Counted from the first letter of the stretch, positions 35,948 through 47,221 are shown. The stretch: 64,000 bases of DNA from Lachnospiraceae bacterium (GCA_015056865.1 SVFM01000002.1:65791-129790), one strand, 5' to 3'. A program made the numbers and translations. Notes: generated from the letters alone by a model not told the origin.

Positions 35948-38089
35948 TTATTCCTTCACAAATTCAATAGTTCTTTCGAATGATTTCTCCACAGGATCTC
36001 CCGGAATGGTCACCTGTTCTCCTGTTTCCGGATCTACCTTGATCTCCGGCTCCGGTGTTACCTCATAGGTAAATAGAATGGTTCCGCCGGAAGACGGTAT
36101 CCCTGTAGCGTTGGCAGACAGTGGAAAGGAACTGGTGATTGTCTCCAATACCAGTTTCCCGGTACTTGTAGTGATAGACACCTTCACAGGTGTGCCTGCC
36201 ACATAATCCGGTGCTTCAGCCATAGTCGGCGCAGCAATGCTGGCGTTTAGTTTGTAAGTGACTAGAGAAGGCCCCATACTCAGTTTCAGGTCCACAGCCG
36301 TTCCCTTTTCCACTTCCACACCGTAACTGTAACTCTGATAACATACCAGACCCTCTTCGATCTGGTCACTGTTCATCTCGCTCACCTTACCCACGGAAAG
36401 TCCCGCTTCAATCAATAAAGCTACTGCTTCATCCTCGGTACGTCCGATCAAATTGGGCATGGTAACTTTCGCTTCACCCAAGCTTACATTTAAAACCACC
36501 GTAGATCCTTCCGGTGCCTTTTCTCCGCCACCGGGGCTCTGATAGATCACATATCCTTTGGCAACCGTGGGGGAATAACTCTCTGTCTTTTCCACTACAA
36601 AGCCTTTCGCTGACAAAGCATTAAAAGCCGCCTCATAAGTCTGGCCTGTTACAGTGGGAATGTCTATGGCACTGGTTCCTGAGCTGACAGTCAGTGTCAC
36701 GATAGAGCCCGGTTGTAGCAAGGTGCCTTGGGACGCACTGGCGCGAATAACAATATCTGTCTCATATTCATCAGATTCTTCATATTCGATCTCCGGCTCC
36801 AGATCCAGTTCCCGCAAAGCATCTACTGCCTCCCGCACAGTCTTTCCCTTTACCGCGATCATAGCTACCGGCTCCTGCTCTGACTGTGAGGGCATTTCAC
36901 TTTCCGGCACCTCACTGGAGGGGGGCAAAACACTTTCTGTCTGGCTCTGCTCCCCATCAATCACCTTATTTCCGCTGTCTCCAAATCGAAACAGACCTGT
37001 AATCTTACCCACCAGAACGATAATCACACAGCAAATAATGATTCCTGCCACGATCGCAAGAATTGCCGTGATCTTCTCCATGCGGGAATCCTCTTCCTCC
37101 TCTTCCTCCTGATAGATTTCCTCATCATTCTGATAACTTTCTTGCCGCTCCACCTCCGAACGAAGACGCAGACCTCCTGCGTGTTTTTTAATCTGACTGA
37201 TCTCCGCATCGGAAATATGCCTGGTGGAGGACTCATCCGTTTCATCATGGAATGCTACAAATGTCCTGTCCGGATTGATCAAAGACTGCTTCAGATCATC
37301 AATCAACTGTGACATGGATTGATATCTTCTGTCAGGACTCTTCTGACAACACTTCAGCACAATCTCTTCCACACTCTGGGGGATCTCAGGTACATATTCC
37401 CTGGGCGTAGGAAGTTCTTCCTGAATGTGCTTGATGGCGATGGCCACTGTGGTTTCTCCGTTAAAAGGCACCCTGCCTGTAAGCATCTCATACATCGTGA
37501 TGCCCAGAGAATACACATCGCTCTTTTCATCACTGTATCCACCCCTTGCCTGCTCCGGGGACGTATAGTGTACCGACCCCATCACATTGGAGGTTATGGT
37601 ATTGCTGGTGGCAGCCTTGGCTATGCCAAAATCTGTTACTTTTACCTTGCCTTCCTTGGAGATAATGATATTTTGAGGCTTAATATCTCTGTGTATGATC
37701 TTGTTTCTATGGGCTGCCTCGATTCCCATAGATACCTGTATTGCAATGCTGACTGCCTCTTTGTAAGACAATCTGGCCTTCTTTTCAATATATTTTTTTA
37801 AGGTAATACCTTCAACCAGTTCCATGACAATGTAGTAGATTCCATTCTCCTCTCCTACATCGTACACATTCACAATATTCGGATGCATCAACCCTGCTGC
37901 CGCTTGTGCTTCAATCCGAAACTTAGACACAAAATTGGCATTCTCAGAAAACTCCTGTTTCAAAACCTTGACTGCTACAAAACGATTCAGCTTATGACAC
38001 TTTGCTTTATATACATCGGACATGCCTCCGGTACCAATCTTTTCCAGTATCTCATAACGCTCGCCTATCATCATTCCAATTTTTATCAT
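35948..38089 (-). CDS. prkC: Ser/Thr protein kinase with three PASTA domains
   Basis: Hanks kinase motifs (GTGGMSDVYKA, HRDIKPQN, DFGIA), one TM, three PASTA repeats and a C-terminal Ig-like region. Confidence 0.95.
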   Translation of the reverse strand: MIKIGMMIGERYEILEKIGTGGMSDVYKAKCHKLNRFVAVKVLKQEFSENANFVSKFRIEAQAAAGLMHPNIVNVYDVGEENGIYYIVMELVEGITLKKYIEKKARLSYKEAVSIAIQVSMGIEAAHRNKIIHRDIKPQNIIISKEGKVKVTDFGIAKAATSNTITSNVMGSVHYTSPEQARGGYSDEKSDVYSLGITMYEMLTGRVPFNGETTVAIAIKHIQEELPTPREYVPEIPQSVEEIVLKCCQKSPDRRYQSMSQLIDDLKQSLINPDRTFVAFHDETDESSTRHISDAEISQIKKHAGGLRLRSEVERQESYQNDEEIYQEEEEEEDSRMEKITAILAIVAGIIICCVIIVLVGKITGLFRFGDSGNKVIDGEQSQTESVLPPSSEVPESEMPSQSEQEPVAMIAVKGKTVREAVDALRELDLEPEIEYEESDEYETDIVIRASASQGTLLQPGSIVTLTVSSGTSAIDIPTVTGQTYEAAFNALSAKGFVVEKTESYSPTVAKGYVIYQSPGGGEKAPEGSTVVLNVSLGEAKVTMPNLIGRTEDEAVALLIEAGLSVGKVSEMNSDQIEEGLVCYQSYSYGVEVEKGTAVDLKLSMGPSLVTYKLNASIAAPTMAEAPDYVAGTPVKVSITTSTGKLVLETITSSFPLSANATGIPSSGGTILFTYEVTPEPEIKVDPETGEQVTIPGDPVEKSFERTIEFVKE

Positions 38090-38100
38090 ACTCTGCTCCT

Positions 38101-38835
38101 TTAACCTTCCGCAAACGGCTCAATCAATATCACAGCTATATTGTCACTGCCGCCGTTATTGTTAGCTGCTTTAACCAATTCTTCTGCTTTTTCTCTGATG
38201 TCCTTTGGTCCGCTCAAAATCTGGCGGATCTCTTCATCCTCAAGCATATTGGTCAAACCGTCAGAGCACATCAACACAATATCCTCCGGTTTCAACTCTA
38301 CATGAAAAAAATCCACATCTACTGTATTGCATGCGCCAATCGCCCTGGTAATAATATTGCGATCCGGATGCTTTCTTGCGGAGGCTCTGTCAAGCCCTCC
38401 CATCTGAATCATCTCCTCCACCAGGGAATGATCTATGGTTATTTGCTTTATCTTATCATTTACTACATAAAGACGACTGTCTCCCACGTTGGCTACCTGA
38501 AGATAACTTCCCGTCAGGGTGGCTGCTACCACCGTAGTACCCATGCCCTTAAGTTCTGCATCCTCCGCACTCTTTTGTCTGATATGTTCATTGGCCGTCT
38601 GGATCGCCTTGCCAAGGATCGTTACAGGATCCTTTTCAAAAGAACCTGCAATCTCCGAAACGATGGTCTCCACTGTATATTTGGAGGCATAATCCCCCGC
38701 ATTGTGTCCTCCCATTCCGTCCGCCACAATAAACACATTGGCCAGGTTTCCCAACTGCTGCTCCGATGCGTATACATAATCCTGATTCAGTTTTCTCTTT
38801 TTACCTATGTCTGTAATGGAAAACGTCTTTAGCAC
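38101..38835 (-). CDS. stp: PP2C-family Ser/Thr phosphatase
   Basis: NQDY, VADGMGGH and GGSDNIAVI motifs. Adjacent to prkC. Confidence 0.93.
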   Translation of the reverse strand: MLKTFSITDIGKKRKLNQDYVYASEQQLGNLANVFIVADGMGGHNAGDYASKYTVETIVSEIAGSFEKDPVTILGKAIQTANEHIRQKSAEDAELKGMGTTVVAATLTGSYLQVANVGDSRLYVVNDKIKQITIDHSLVEEMIQMGGLDRASARKHPDRNIITRAIGACNTVDVDFFHVELKPEDIVLMCSDGLTNMLEDEEIRQILSGPKDIREKAEELVKAANNNGGSDNIAVILIEPFAEG

Positions 38836-38853
38836 CGCGCCGCCTCCTCTTTC

Positions 38854-39909
38854 TTAAGTCATGTGTCTCCGGCGGAGCTGACCACATGCTCCGTCAATAT
38901 CCCGACCCATTTCCCTTCTTATAGTAACATTTATTTTATTTTTTTCAAGTTTATTTTTAAATGCCTGTATCTGCCGAGCCTCTGACTGCACAAAACTGCG
39001 CTCTTTGATGGGATTGACCGGGATCAGATTGATATGGCACCCCAAGGGCCCGGCCAACCCGGCCAGCCTTTGGGCATCTTCCTGGGTATCATTGACGCCT
39101 CCCACCAAACTGTACTCAAAAGATACTCTTCTGCCTGTCTTTGCAAAATAAAAAGCACAGGCCTCCATCAACTCACTGATACTGTATCTCTTGGCAATGG
39201 GCATTAACTCCTGCCGCTTTTCATCTGTGGAAGCATGTAAAGACAACGCCAGGGTAATCTGCAGTTTTTCCTCTGCCAGCCTGTAAATACCCGGCACAAT
39301 CCCACAGGTGGATACGGTTATATTTCTCTGGCTGATATGCAGGCCGTTTTCATCTGTCAGCATCCGGATAAATCTCAGCAGGTTATCGTAATTATCCAAA
39401 GGTTCTCCAGTTCCCATGACAACCACATTGGATACTCTCTGCCCGGTCTGCCTGGTGATCACATAAATCTGATCCAACATCTCTGATGGCGTAAGATTGC
39501 GCTCCAGCCCATCCAACGTGGAGGCACAAAAACGGCAGCCCATACGACACCCTACCTGAGAGGATATACACACGGAATTGCCATGCTTGTATTGCATCCA
39601 AACACTTTCCACCAGATTGCCGTCCTCCAGCCGAAACAGAAACTTCTTGGTACCGTCTATCCGGGACTCCTGCACCTGTACCGTCTCCAACGCTGTGTAA
39701 GTATACCGTTCCTTCAACTTACGCCGTAGCCCCTCCGATAGATTGGTCATTTCACTAAAATCTCTGGCCAACTTCACATGCATCCAGTCATAAATCTGTC
39801 CGGCCCTGAATTTTTTCTCTCCCATCTCCTCCATTTCCCCCCTCAACTCCTCCGGGCTCATGGATTTGATATCCTTATCTATCATTTTTCCTTTATCTCC
39901 TGTTAGCAC
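38854..39909 (-). CDS. rlmN: 23S rRNA (adenine2503-C2)-methyltransferase (radical SAM)
   Basis: SSQVGCRMGCRFCAS radical-SAM motif and MGTGEPLDN. The start may be an internal ATG. Confidence 0.93.
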   Translation of the reverse strand: MLTGDKGKMIDKDIKSMSPEELRGEMEEMGEKKFRAGQIYDWMHVKLARDFSEMTNLSEGLRRKLKERYTYTALETVQVQESRIDGTKKFLFRLEDGNLVESVWMQYKHGNSVCISSQVGCRMGCRFCASTLDGLERNLTPSEMLDQIYVITRQTGQRVSNVVVMGTGEPLDNYDNLLRFIRMLTDENGLHISQRNITVSTCGIVPGIYRLAEEKLQITLALSLHASTDEKRQELMPIAKRYSISELMEACAFYFAKTGRRVSFEYSLVGGVNDTQEDAQRLAGLAGPLGCHINLIPVNPIKERSFVQSEARQIQAFKNKLEKNKINVTIRREMGRDIDGACGQLRRRHMT

Positions 39910-41285
39910 CGGTCACTACCTCTGACCGCTTTTTTTCTAAGCCTGGCAAAAAAGAAGCCATCGCTGTCATGTACACCGGGTAATAGCTGCAACATGCCGC
40001 TTTTCACACTTTCCTCTTCTATGTCCCTTGGCAAAAATGTGGACATATCCTCCGGCTGAAAAGAAAACTCCCGGCAGATCCATTGTACCATTTCCTGGTT
40101 TTCCTGCTTATTGATCGTGCAGGTGCTGTACAGCAAGATACCATTTTCCCTTACATAGGAAACCGCCTGCTTCAAAATGGCTTTCTGCAGCTTTTCCAGC
40201 TCTCCCAGCTGTTCTTTACTTACACGATACTTTATGTCTTTCTTTCTGCCGATGACCCCTAATCCGGAGCAGGGCACATCCGCCAGCACCACATCCGCTT
40301 TGCCTTTCAAACTCTCATCCGGCAGGGTGGCATCCCGTACCTCCACCTTTACATGATGCAGGTCCATACGCTCCAGATTTTCCCGTAGCAGGTCCACCTT
40401 GCTTTCTGACACATCCCGGGCTGTAACCCTACCATCCGGCATCACTTTTTCAGCCGCAAGCATGGTCTTACCCCCGGGAGCAGCACACACATCCAGCACA
40501 AAATCCCCCGGCTTTACGCCTGCTGCCTCTACTGCCAGCATGGAACTCACATCCTGCACGGCAAAGTTTCCTTCTTGATAGCCCGGCAGAGATCCAATGC
40601 CTTCAGCCCCTTCCAGCTCTGCTGCATAGGGTAAGTACGGATGGGACCTTACTTTTACCCCTAGGTCCCGTACTTGCTGTTTCCAATCTTCCCTCTGGGA
40701 TTCTGTCATCCCACCGGCAAACCGAATGGTTACCGGCCTTGCCTGTAACATCCCTTCCAATATTCGCTCTGTATTCTCTCTACCGTAATCTTCCAACCAC
40801 TTTTCCACCAGCCATACCGGCATAGAATAGCGTACAGACAGATATGCAGTCATATCCTGACCTGGATCCGGATACACCTGTGCCTCTTTCTGCTTTGCCG
40901 CACTGCGCAGCACGCCATTGACAAAGCCCTTCAGATTCTGAAACTTTCTCTTGCCGGCCAGTTTTACCGCCTCGCTGACCGCTGCGGCATCCGGCACACT
41001 GTCCATATATAATATCTGATACACAGACATGCGAAGCAGGCTGCGAATCAAGGGTTTCATTTTGTGCACCGGCACACTGGAAACCTGCTCCAGCCTGTAA
41101 TCCAACTCTATTTGTCTCTCGATCGTCCCCTCGGCCAGGCGCTTGATAAATCCCTTCTCCTGCCCGCTGAGGTAATTATATTTGTTTAGCACGTCCCGAA
41201 TCAATCTGTGGGAAAACACAGCCCCTTTTTCCCACTCCAGAAGCAGATCCAGCACGATCTCACGCGTATTGATACTCTTAGTCAT
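39903..41285 (-). CDS. rsmB: 16S rRNA (cytosine967-C5)-methyltransferase
   Basis: NusB-like N-terminus, DVCAAPGGKT, DVPCSGLG and YSTCT motifs. Confidence 0.93.
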   Translation of the reverse strand: MTKSINTREIVLDLLLEWEKGAVFSHRLIRDVLNKYNYLSGQEKGFIKRLAEGTIERQIELDYRLEQVSSVPVHKMKPLIRSLLRMSVYQILYMDSVPDAAAVSEAVKLAGKRKFQNLKGFVNGVLRSAAKQKEAQVYPDPGQDMTAYLSVRYSMPVWLVEKWLEDYGRENTERILEGMLQARPVTIRFAGGMTESQREDWKQQVRDLGVKVRSHPYLPYAAELEGAEGIGSLPGYQEGNFAVQDVSSMLAVEAAGVKPGDFVLDVCAAPGGKTMLAAEKVMPDGRVTARDVSESKVDLLRENLERMDLHHVKVEVRDATLPDESLKGKADVVLADVPCSGLGVIGRKKDIKYRVSKEQLGELEKLQKAILKQAVSYVRENGILLYSTCTINKQENQEMVQWICREFSFQPEDMSTFLPRDIEEESVKSGMLQLLPGVHDSDGFFFARLRKKAVRGSDRC

Positions 41286-41994
41286 CCCTTCGTCTGCCTC
41301 CGAACAACATTACCAGTCTGAGCAACTGCAACACCGCCGCAGCTGTAGCCGCCACGTAGGTCCAGGCCGCAGCCTTTAATACTTTTTGACCGCTGTCCTT
41401 TTCCGCCTCAGTCAGGATACCATACTGGGTCACAGTCTGCATCGCACGCCTGGATGCATTAAATTCCACAGGCAAGGTAATAAGCTGAAACAGTACGCCC
41501 AGAGAAAATGCCCAAATTCCGATTTCTATAAACAGCTGATTCCAGCCCAGGATCACACCCAGAATAATAATGGGAAATCCTAAATTGCTGGCAATACTGG
41601 CAACCGGTGCAAGGGACGAGCGCAATTTTAAAAATCCGTATTCCTGATGGTGCTGGGCCGCATGTCCGCATTCATGGGCTGCCACTGCCACCGCCGTCAC
41701 ACTGGCAGAATTATAATTTTCATAGGACAGCCTGACCTTTCTGGACCTTGGATCGTAATGATCCCCCTGGCCCTGGTGCAGACATTCCACCTGCACATCT
41801 GTGATGCCCTGATACTGCAGGATCCGCGCGGCTGCCTCGGCTCCGGTCATTCCGCTGTAATTTTTCACCTTGTGATACTTGTTCATGGCGCTGTTTACCC
41901 GCGCACTGGCCCACATACACAAAATAGCACCTGCCAGCACCAATATATATGTGGGATCAAAATAAAATCCATAAAATCCAAATGGCATATTCAT
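41278..41994 (-). CDS. zinc metallopeptidase (membrane, HExxH)
   Basis: VAAHECGHAAQH motif flanked by TM segments. Confidence 0.8.
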   Translation of the reverse strand: MNMPFGFYGFYFDPTYILVLAGAILCMWASARVNSAMNKYHKVKNYSGMTGAEAAARILQYQGITDVQVECLHQGQGDHYDPRSRKVRLSYENYNSASVTAVAVAAHECGHAAQHHQEYGFLKLRSSLAPVASIASNLGFPIIILGVILGWNQLFIEIGIWAFSLGVLFQLITLPVEFNASRRAMQTVTQYGILTEAEKDSGQKVLKAAAWTYVAATAAAVLQLLRLVMLFGGRRRDD

Positions 41995-42009
41995 TCCTCC
42001 GCTATACGA

Positions 42010-42954
42010 TTACCCGAAAACCTCGCCGCACTCCACCTTGTAGCCCAGCAAAAAATCATGAGCGGACATTCTCTTCTTCCCTTCCGGCTGTAGAGATAAG
42101 ATCCTCAGACCGCCACTGCCGGTCTGTACCATAATACTCTCCTTATCCACGCTGACCACCGTGCCGGGTTCCTTAGACCCGCAATCCTCGCCGGGATCAG
42201 CGGCCACATCCGCATCCCAGATTTTGATCTGCCTGCCCTTCAAAAAAGTATAGGCACTGGGCCAGGAATTTAAGCCTCGCACCAGCCTCTCGATCACCAC
42301 TGCACTCTGGCTCCAGTCGATCAATCCCTGGGATTTTTGAATCATCTTCACATGAGTAGCACAGCTTTCATCTTGAGGAATGGGTTGCACCTCACCCCCC
42401 TCAATTAAGGGCAAAACTTCCACAATGGCCTGTGCACCAAGATCCGCCAGCTTATCAAACAGGGAAGCTCCCGTCTCTTTGGGATCCAGCAAGATTTCCT
42501 TCTGATATAGAATATCCCCCGTATCCACTCCTTCATTCATCTGCTGAATAGTAATACCGGTTTTTTCTTCTCCATCGATCACTGCCTGTTGTATCGGACT
42601 GGCCCCCCGATATTTAGGCAACAGGGAAGCATGGATATTGATGCATCCATACTTTGGAATATCCAGGATCTCCTTGGACAAAATCTGCCCAAAAGCTGCC
42701 ACCACATAAATGTCAGCTTCATATTCTTTCAAAACAGCCACCTCATGGGGCTGCCTGATCTTTACCGGCTGAAAAACCGGGATACCATGCTTTAGCGCAC
42801 ATTCTTTTACCGGCGAATACTTAAGGGCCCCGCTTCTGCCCTTGGGTTTATCCGGCTGGGTCACTGCCAGAACAATCTCATGCCCGGCCCGGATCAAAGC
42901 CTCCATTGCACCCACAGAAAAATCCGGGGTTCCCATATACACTATCTTCATCAA
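42010..42954 (-). CDS. fmt: methionyl-tRNA formyltransferase
   Basis: KIVYMGTPDF, INIHASLLPKYRGASPIQ. Confidence 0.96.
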   Translation of the reverse strand: MMKIVYMGTPDFSVGAMEALIRAGHEIVLAVTQPDKPKGRSGALKYSPVKECALKHGIPVFQPVKIRQPHEVAVLKEYEADIYVVAAFGQILSKEILDIPKYGCINIHASLLPKYRGASPIQQAVIDGEEKTGITIQQMNEGVDTGDILYQKEILLDPKETGASLFDKLADLGAQAIVEVLPLIEGGEVQPIPQDESCATHVKMIQKSQGLIDWSQSAVVIERLVRGLNSWPSAYTFLKGRQIKIWDADVAADPGEDCGSKEPGTVVSVDKESIMVQTGSGGLRILSLQPEGKKRMSAHDFLLGYKVECGEVFG

Positions 42955-42956
42955 AA

Positions 42957-43436
42957 TTAATCCTCGTCTTCGTCATTCATAACATCCACCAAAGGACCTT
43001 CCACCTTCTCCACATACAGATGGCCGTCCAGGTGGTCCAATTCGTGGCAGATCGCTCTTGCCAACAGTTCCGTTCCCTCCAGCTCAATAGGCTCCATGTT
43101 TTCATTCAGCGCCACAGCCTTTACATAGTTGGGCCTTGTTACCTCGCCGCTTTTACCGGGCACGGATAAACAACCTTCATAGCCGGTCTGCTCTCCACTG
43201 GTCTCCACGATCCTGGGATTGATCAGCACATAGGGATCCTCCCCGGTCACATCGATCACCACGATCCTTTTTAACACGCCCACCTGTGGTGCTGCCAGGC
43301 CTACGCCGCAGGCCTCGTACATCGTATCCAGCATATCCTCGATCAACGCCTGTATACGGGGTGTCATCTCCGTTACTTCTTTACATTTTTTTGTCAGGAC
43401 TGCATCTCCCATTTCCCGAATATTTCTGATAGCCAT
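42957..43436 (-). CDS. def: peptide deformylase
   Basis: GVGLAAPQ, EGCLS and HELDH motifs. Start moved to the ATG at 43436 (MAIRNIR); the track start lies inside priA. Confidence 0.95.
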   Translation of the reverse strand: MAIRNIREMGDAVLTKKCKEVTEMTPRIQALIEDMLDTMYEACGVGLAAPQVGVLKRIVVIDVTGEDPYVLINPRIVETSGEQTGYEGCLSVPGKSGEVTRPNYVKAVALNENMEPIELEGTELLARAICHELDHLDGHLYVEKVEGPLVDVMNDEDED

Positions 43437-43455
43437 TTTATGAACCACACCTTTC

Positions 43456-45699
43456 TCAAAATGTATGCATGGGGTCAAAGTCAAACTGTACCGTGACATG
43501 CATCTTTTGTATTTCTTCTTCCAAAATTTCTTTGGTTTCAATCAGTTTATCATATTTTCTGCATTTTACATAGAATACAAATCTAAAAATATCATTAATT
43601 CTGCCGATGGACGCTGGAGCCGGACCTATCACCGTAAAATCACCTGGCTTTTCCTTTTCTGCCAAGGCCCTGACCAAGCCTCCCAGCCGCTCTGCCGTTT
43701 GCTGTCCGGACTCTTCTTCTTTGTCAAAAATCTGGACTGCCATCATATGTGCGGCGGGCGGATATCTGAGCATCTCCCGGTACAATATTTCCTCCTCATA
43801 AAAGGAATGGTAATCCTGCTTCGCCGCATGCACCACACTATAATGGTCCGGCTGATAGGTCTGTATCACAACCTCTCCGGGTTTTTCGCCCCTGCCGGCC
43901 CTGCCGGCGGCCTGGGTCAGTAGCTGAAAGGTTCTCTCAGCCGCCCGATAATCATTTACAGCTAAGGACATGTCCGCAGCCAAAACGCCTACCAAGGTTA
44001 CATTGGGAAAATCATGTCCCTTTACGATCATCTGTGTCCCGATCAGTACCTGGGCCTCTTTATTGGCAAAGGCAGACAGGATCTCTTCATAACTGTCCTT
44101 CTTTTTGGTGGTATCAGCGTCCATGCGAAGCACCTTCACCCCGGGATACATGGAAAGCAGTTTCTCCTCAATCTGCTGGGTTCCGGCCCGGAAACCGGAA
44201 ATATACTTAGATCCGCAGGACGGGCACTTATTTACTGCCGGCTGCTCATATCCGCAATAGTGACAGACCAGACGCCCGCCCTTGTGTTCCGACAAAGACA
44301 CATCACAATGGGGACATTTCATCACGTGACCGCACTCTCTGCAGGAAATAAAACCTGCATATCCCCTGCGGTTTAAAAACAGCATGATCTGCTCCCCCTT
44401 TTCCAGTCTGTCCTTCATCAATTCCTGAAGTTTCAAGCTGAAAATGGAACGATTGCCACATTTCAATTCCTGGCGCAGATCTGCAATGTAAACTCTGGGA
44501 AGGGTCCCGCCTGTAAGCCTTTCCGTCAATTGAAACAACCTATATTCTCCCTGCTGTGCCCGAAAATAGGCTTCCATAGAAGGCGTTGCCGAGCCAAGTA
44601 CCAGGCTGGCACCTGCGCACCGGGCAATCTCAAGGGCGGTCTCCCTGGCATGGTATTTTGGTGTTGTCTCACTTTTATAAGTGGCCTCATGCTCCTCATC
44701 TATGACGATCAGCCCCAGATTGGGAAAGGGTGTAAACAGTGCGGACCTGGGTCCAATGATCACATCGATCTCTCCCTCTTTGGCTCTTTTGCACTGATCA
44801 TATCGCTCCCCTGCCGATAAGGCGGAATTCATGACGGATACCCGCTCTCCGAATCTTTTATAAAAGCGCACTACGGTCTGATAGGTCAGGGCGATCTCCG
44901 GAATCAACACGATGGCCTGCCTGCCGCGCCGGATCACCTCCCCGATCAGTTCCATGTAAACTTCTGTTTTACCGCTCCCGGTGATACCGTGGATCAGATA
45001 AGTTCCATGACGCTCCTGGTCATATTCTCTCATGATCTCATCCACAATATTACGCTGCCCCTGACTCAGTTGCTTCCCCGGCTGCATAATGCCCTGCAGC
45101 TTTACCGGATTTCTATAATATGCTTGTGTTTCAATCTTTACAATTCCTTGATTTTCCAAGGTCTTTATCACCGCAGCTGAGACATTCAGCTTTGCCGTGA
45201 TCAAGGAATAGGGCAGGCGCTCCATCTCCAAAAGTTCTTTCAGCAACCTGGCCTGAGCTGATCTTCCTTTGCGCACACATTGGGCATAATACTCCTGGGT
45301 TTCTGCCCTTGACCATCTCAGAAACACCGTCTTTTCTTCCAGTTTTTTCACAGCTTTTTGGGGCGCAAGTACCGTCTTTAACGCCTGGATCATAGTGCCC
45401 CCATACTGCCTGCGCATCCAGGCTGCCAGCCTGACCAACCTATCCTCGCTGGTAATACTCCCAAGCTCCATACTGTGTATGGTTTTCAGTTTGGCCGGAT
45501 CATATTCCGGCCTATCCGAAATCCTTGTAACATACCCCTTTCTCAAGGTATTTCCTTTGCCAAAAGGTACACTCACACCGGTACCAATCTCCAAATACCC
45601 TGTCATAGAATGAGGAATCCGATACTGAAAAGGACGGTCTACTTTTTCATGTACAATATCTATGATGACGTCCGCATAAAGTTCCTTATTGTCCTGCAT
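43456..45699 (-). CDS. priA: primosomal replication protein N' (PriA helicase)
   Basis: GITGSGKTEVY, DEEH and a Cys-rich zinc-binding insert (CRECGHVMKCPHCD..CHYCGY..CPSCGS). ATG at 45699 after GAGGAGGAAGA. Confidence 0.95.
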   Translation of the reverse strand: MQDNKELYADVIIDIVHEKVDRPFQYRIPHSMTGYLEIGTGVSVPFGKGNTLRKGYVTRISDRPEYDPAKLKTIHSMELGSITSEDRLVRLAAWMRRQYGGTMIQALKTVLAPQKAVKKLEEKTVFLRWSRAETQEYYAQCVRKGRSAQARLLKELLEMERLPYSLITAKLNVSAAVIKTLENQGIVKIETQAYYRNPVKLQGIMQPGKQLSQGQRNIVDEIMREYDQERHGTYLIHGITGSGKTEVYMELIGEVIRRGRQAIVLIPEIALTYQTVVRFYKRFGERVSVMNSALSAGERYDQCKRAKEGEIDVIIGPRSALFTPFPNLGLIVIDEEHEATYKSETTPKYHARETALEIARCAGASLVLGSATPSMEAYFRAQQGEYRLFQLTERLTGGTLPRVYIADLRQELKCGNRSIFSLKLQELMKDRLEKGEQIMLFLNRRGYAGFISCRECGHVMKCPHCDVSLSEHKGGRLVCHYCGYEQPAVNKCPSCGSKYISGFRAGTQQIEEKLLSMYPGVKVLRMDADTTKKKDSYEEILSAFANKEAQVLIGTQMIVKGHDFPNVTLVGVLAADMSLAVNDYRAAERTFQLLTQAAGRAGRGEKPGEVVIQTYQPDHYSVVHAAKQDYHSFYEEEILYREMLRYPPAAHMMAVQIFDKEEESGQQTAERLGGLVRALAEKEKPGDFTVIGPAPASIGRINDIFRFVFYVKCRKYDKLIETKEILEEEIQKMHVTVQFDFDPMHTF

Positions 45700-45748
45700 C
45701 TCTTCCTCCTCTCTTGTTTTGTTTACATCCACTTCTTGGACCAAAGCT

Positions 45749-47221
45749 CTACCTGCCGGCCAAAATATCTGCGATCAGTATCCTCTCATCCATGGGATAC
45801 TTGACCCCTTTGATCTCCTGATAGTCCTCATGCCCTTTTCCCGCCAGAACCACAATATCTCCCGGCTGCCCATGGGCAATGGCATAGGCAATGGCCTCCT
45901 TACGATCTGGGATTTCCACAAATTTTCCATCTGTCTTTGCCATACCGATTTTGATATCGTCTATGATATCCTGAGGCTCTTCAAACCGTGGATTATCTGA
46001 AGTAATAATAGTCAGATCCGCTAATCTGCCGCTAACCTCTCCCATCTCATATCGGCGAAGTTTGGAGCGATTTCCGCCACAGCCAAACAGACAGACCAGA
46101 CGTCCCGGATCATATTCCCTAAGGGACCTTAGAAGGCTCTCCAGGGACATTGCATTATGTGCATAATCAATCAACAGCGTAAACTCATCAGAAACCTTTA
46201 CAGGCTCAATCCTGCCTCTTACTTTGATACCCAAAAGTGCCTTCCGGATGTCTTTAGGCGCCACCCCAAAATGCCTGCAGATGGCTATGGCAGTCAGCCC
46301 ATTGTACACACTGAATTTTCCCGGAGCTGCAACCTCTACCTCCATATTGATGAGACCGGACACGTTAAAGCGTACTCCAAGCTTTCCGGCCTCCTTGGCC
46401 AGTTTTATATCTTTTGCCTGCAGATCGGCACCTTCTTTCAGCCCGTAGGTCTCCAAATCACAGGTATGCCCTGCAAGCACCGTCTGCCAATGGCTGTCAT
46501 CACTGTTGACAATCCCTACCCTGCACTGCCGGAACAAAAGCCCCTTACAAGCCATATATTCCTCAAAACTGCTATGTTCGCCCGGTGCAATGTGATCCGG
46601 TTCCATATTGGTAAAAATACCGTAGTCGAAAAGAAATCCCTGGGTCCTGTGCTGCATCAGTGCCTGGGAGGAAACCTCCATTACCACCGTATCGCAGCCC
46701 GTCTCTACCATGCGGCTGAAATATTCCTGCAGCAGATAGGATTCCGGGGTCGTATTGGCAGCAGGGATATGTTCCTTACCAATGATCACTTCCACAGTTC
46801 CCACCAATCCCACCTTGCGTCCTGCATTTTCCAAAATAGATTTTACCATATAAGTGGTGGTGGTCTTACCCTTGGTACCTGTGATACCGATCACCTGCAT
46901 TTTCTCAGCCGGATATCCAAAATAGGCCGCTGAAATAAAGGCCATGGCATATCTGGTGTCCTTTACCCGGATCACTGTCACTCTGTTTCCTTGTTCCTCC
47001 GACAGTTCCACATCCTTTTGTACCACCAGAACCCCGGCACCTTTCTCTGCTACCTGAGCTGCATAATCATGTCCATCAAAGGAAGCCCCCACAATACAAA
47101 TAAAAAGGGTCCCTTCACCGATCTTCTTCCTGGAATCATACACCACATCCGTTACCTGCGTCTGTACGCTTCCACAAACACACTCATACTCCAACTTCTC
47201 CAACAATTTCTCCAGCAGCAT
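45749..47221 (-). CDS. murE: UDP-N-acetylmuramoyl-tripeptide synthetase (meso-DAP-adding type)
   Basis: GITGTKGKTTTT, and a DNPR motif (TSDNPRFE) that is associated with meso-DAP specificity. The ATG at 47221 follows a GGAGGG; the alternative ATG is at 47233. Confidence 0.93.
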   Translation of the reverse strand: MLLEKLLEKLEYECVCGSVQTQVTDVVYDSRKKIGEGTLFICIVGASFDGHDYAAQVAEKGAGVLVVQKDVELSEEQGNRVTVIRVKDTRYAMAFISAAYFGYPAEKMQVIGITGTKGKTTTTYMVKSILENAGRKVGLVGTVEVIIGKEHIPAANTTPESYLLQEYFSRMVETGCDTVVMEVSSQALMQHRTQGFLFDYGIFTNMEPDHIAPGEHSSFEEYMACKGLLFRQCRVGIVNSDDSHWQTVLAGHTCDLETYGLKEGADLQAKDIKLAKEAGKLGVRFNVSGLINMEVEVAAPGKFSVYNGLTAIAICRHFGVAPKDIRKALLGIKVRGRIEPVKVSDEFTLLIDYAHNAMSLESLLRSLREYDPGRLVCLFGCGGNRSKLRRYEMGEVSGRLADLTIITSDNPRFEEPQDIIDDIKIGMAKTDGKFVEIPDRKEAIAYAIAHGQPGDIVVLAGKGHEDYQEIKGVKYPMDERILIADILAGR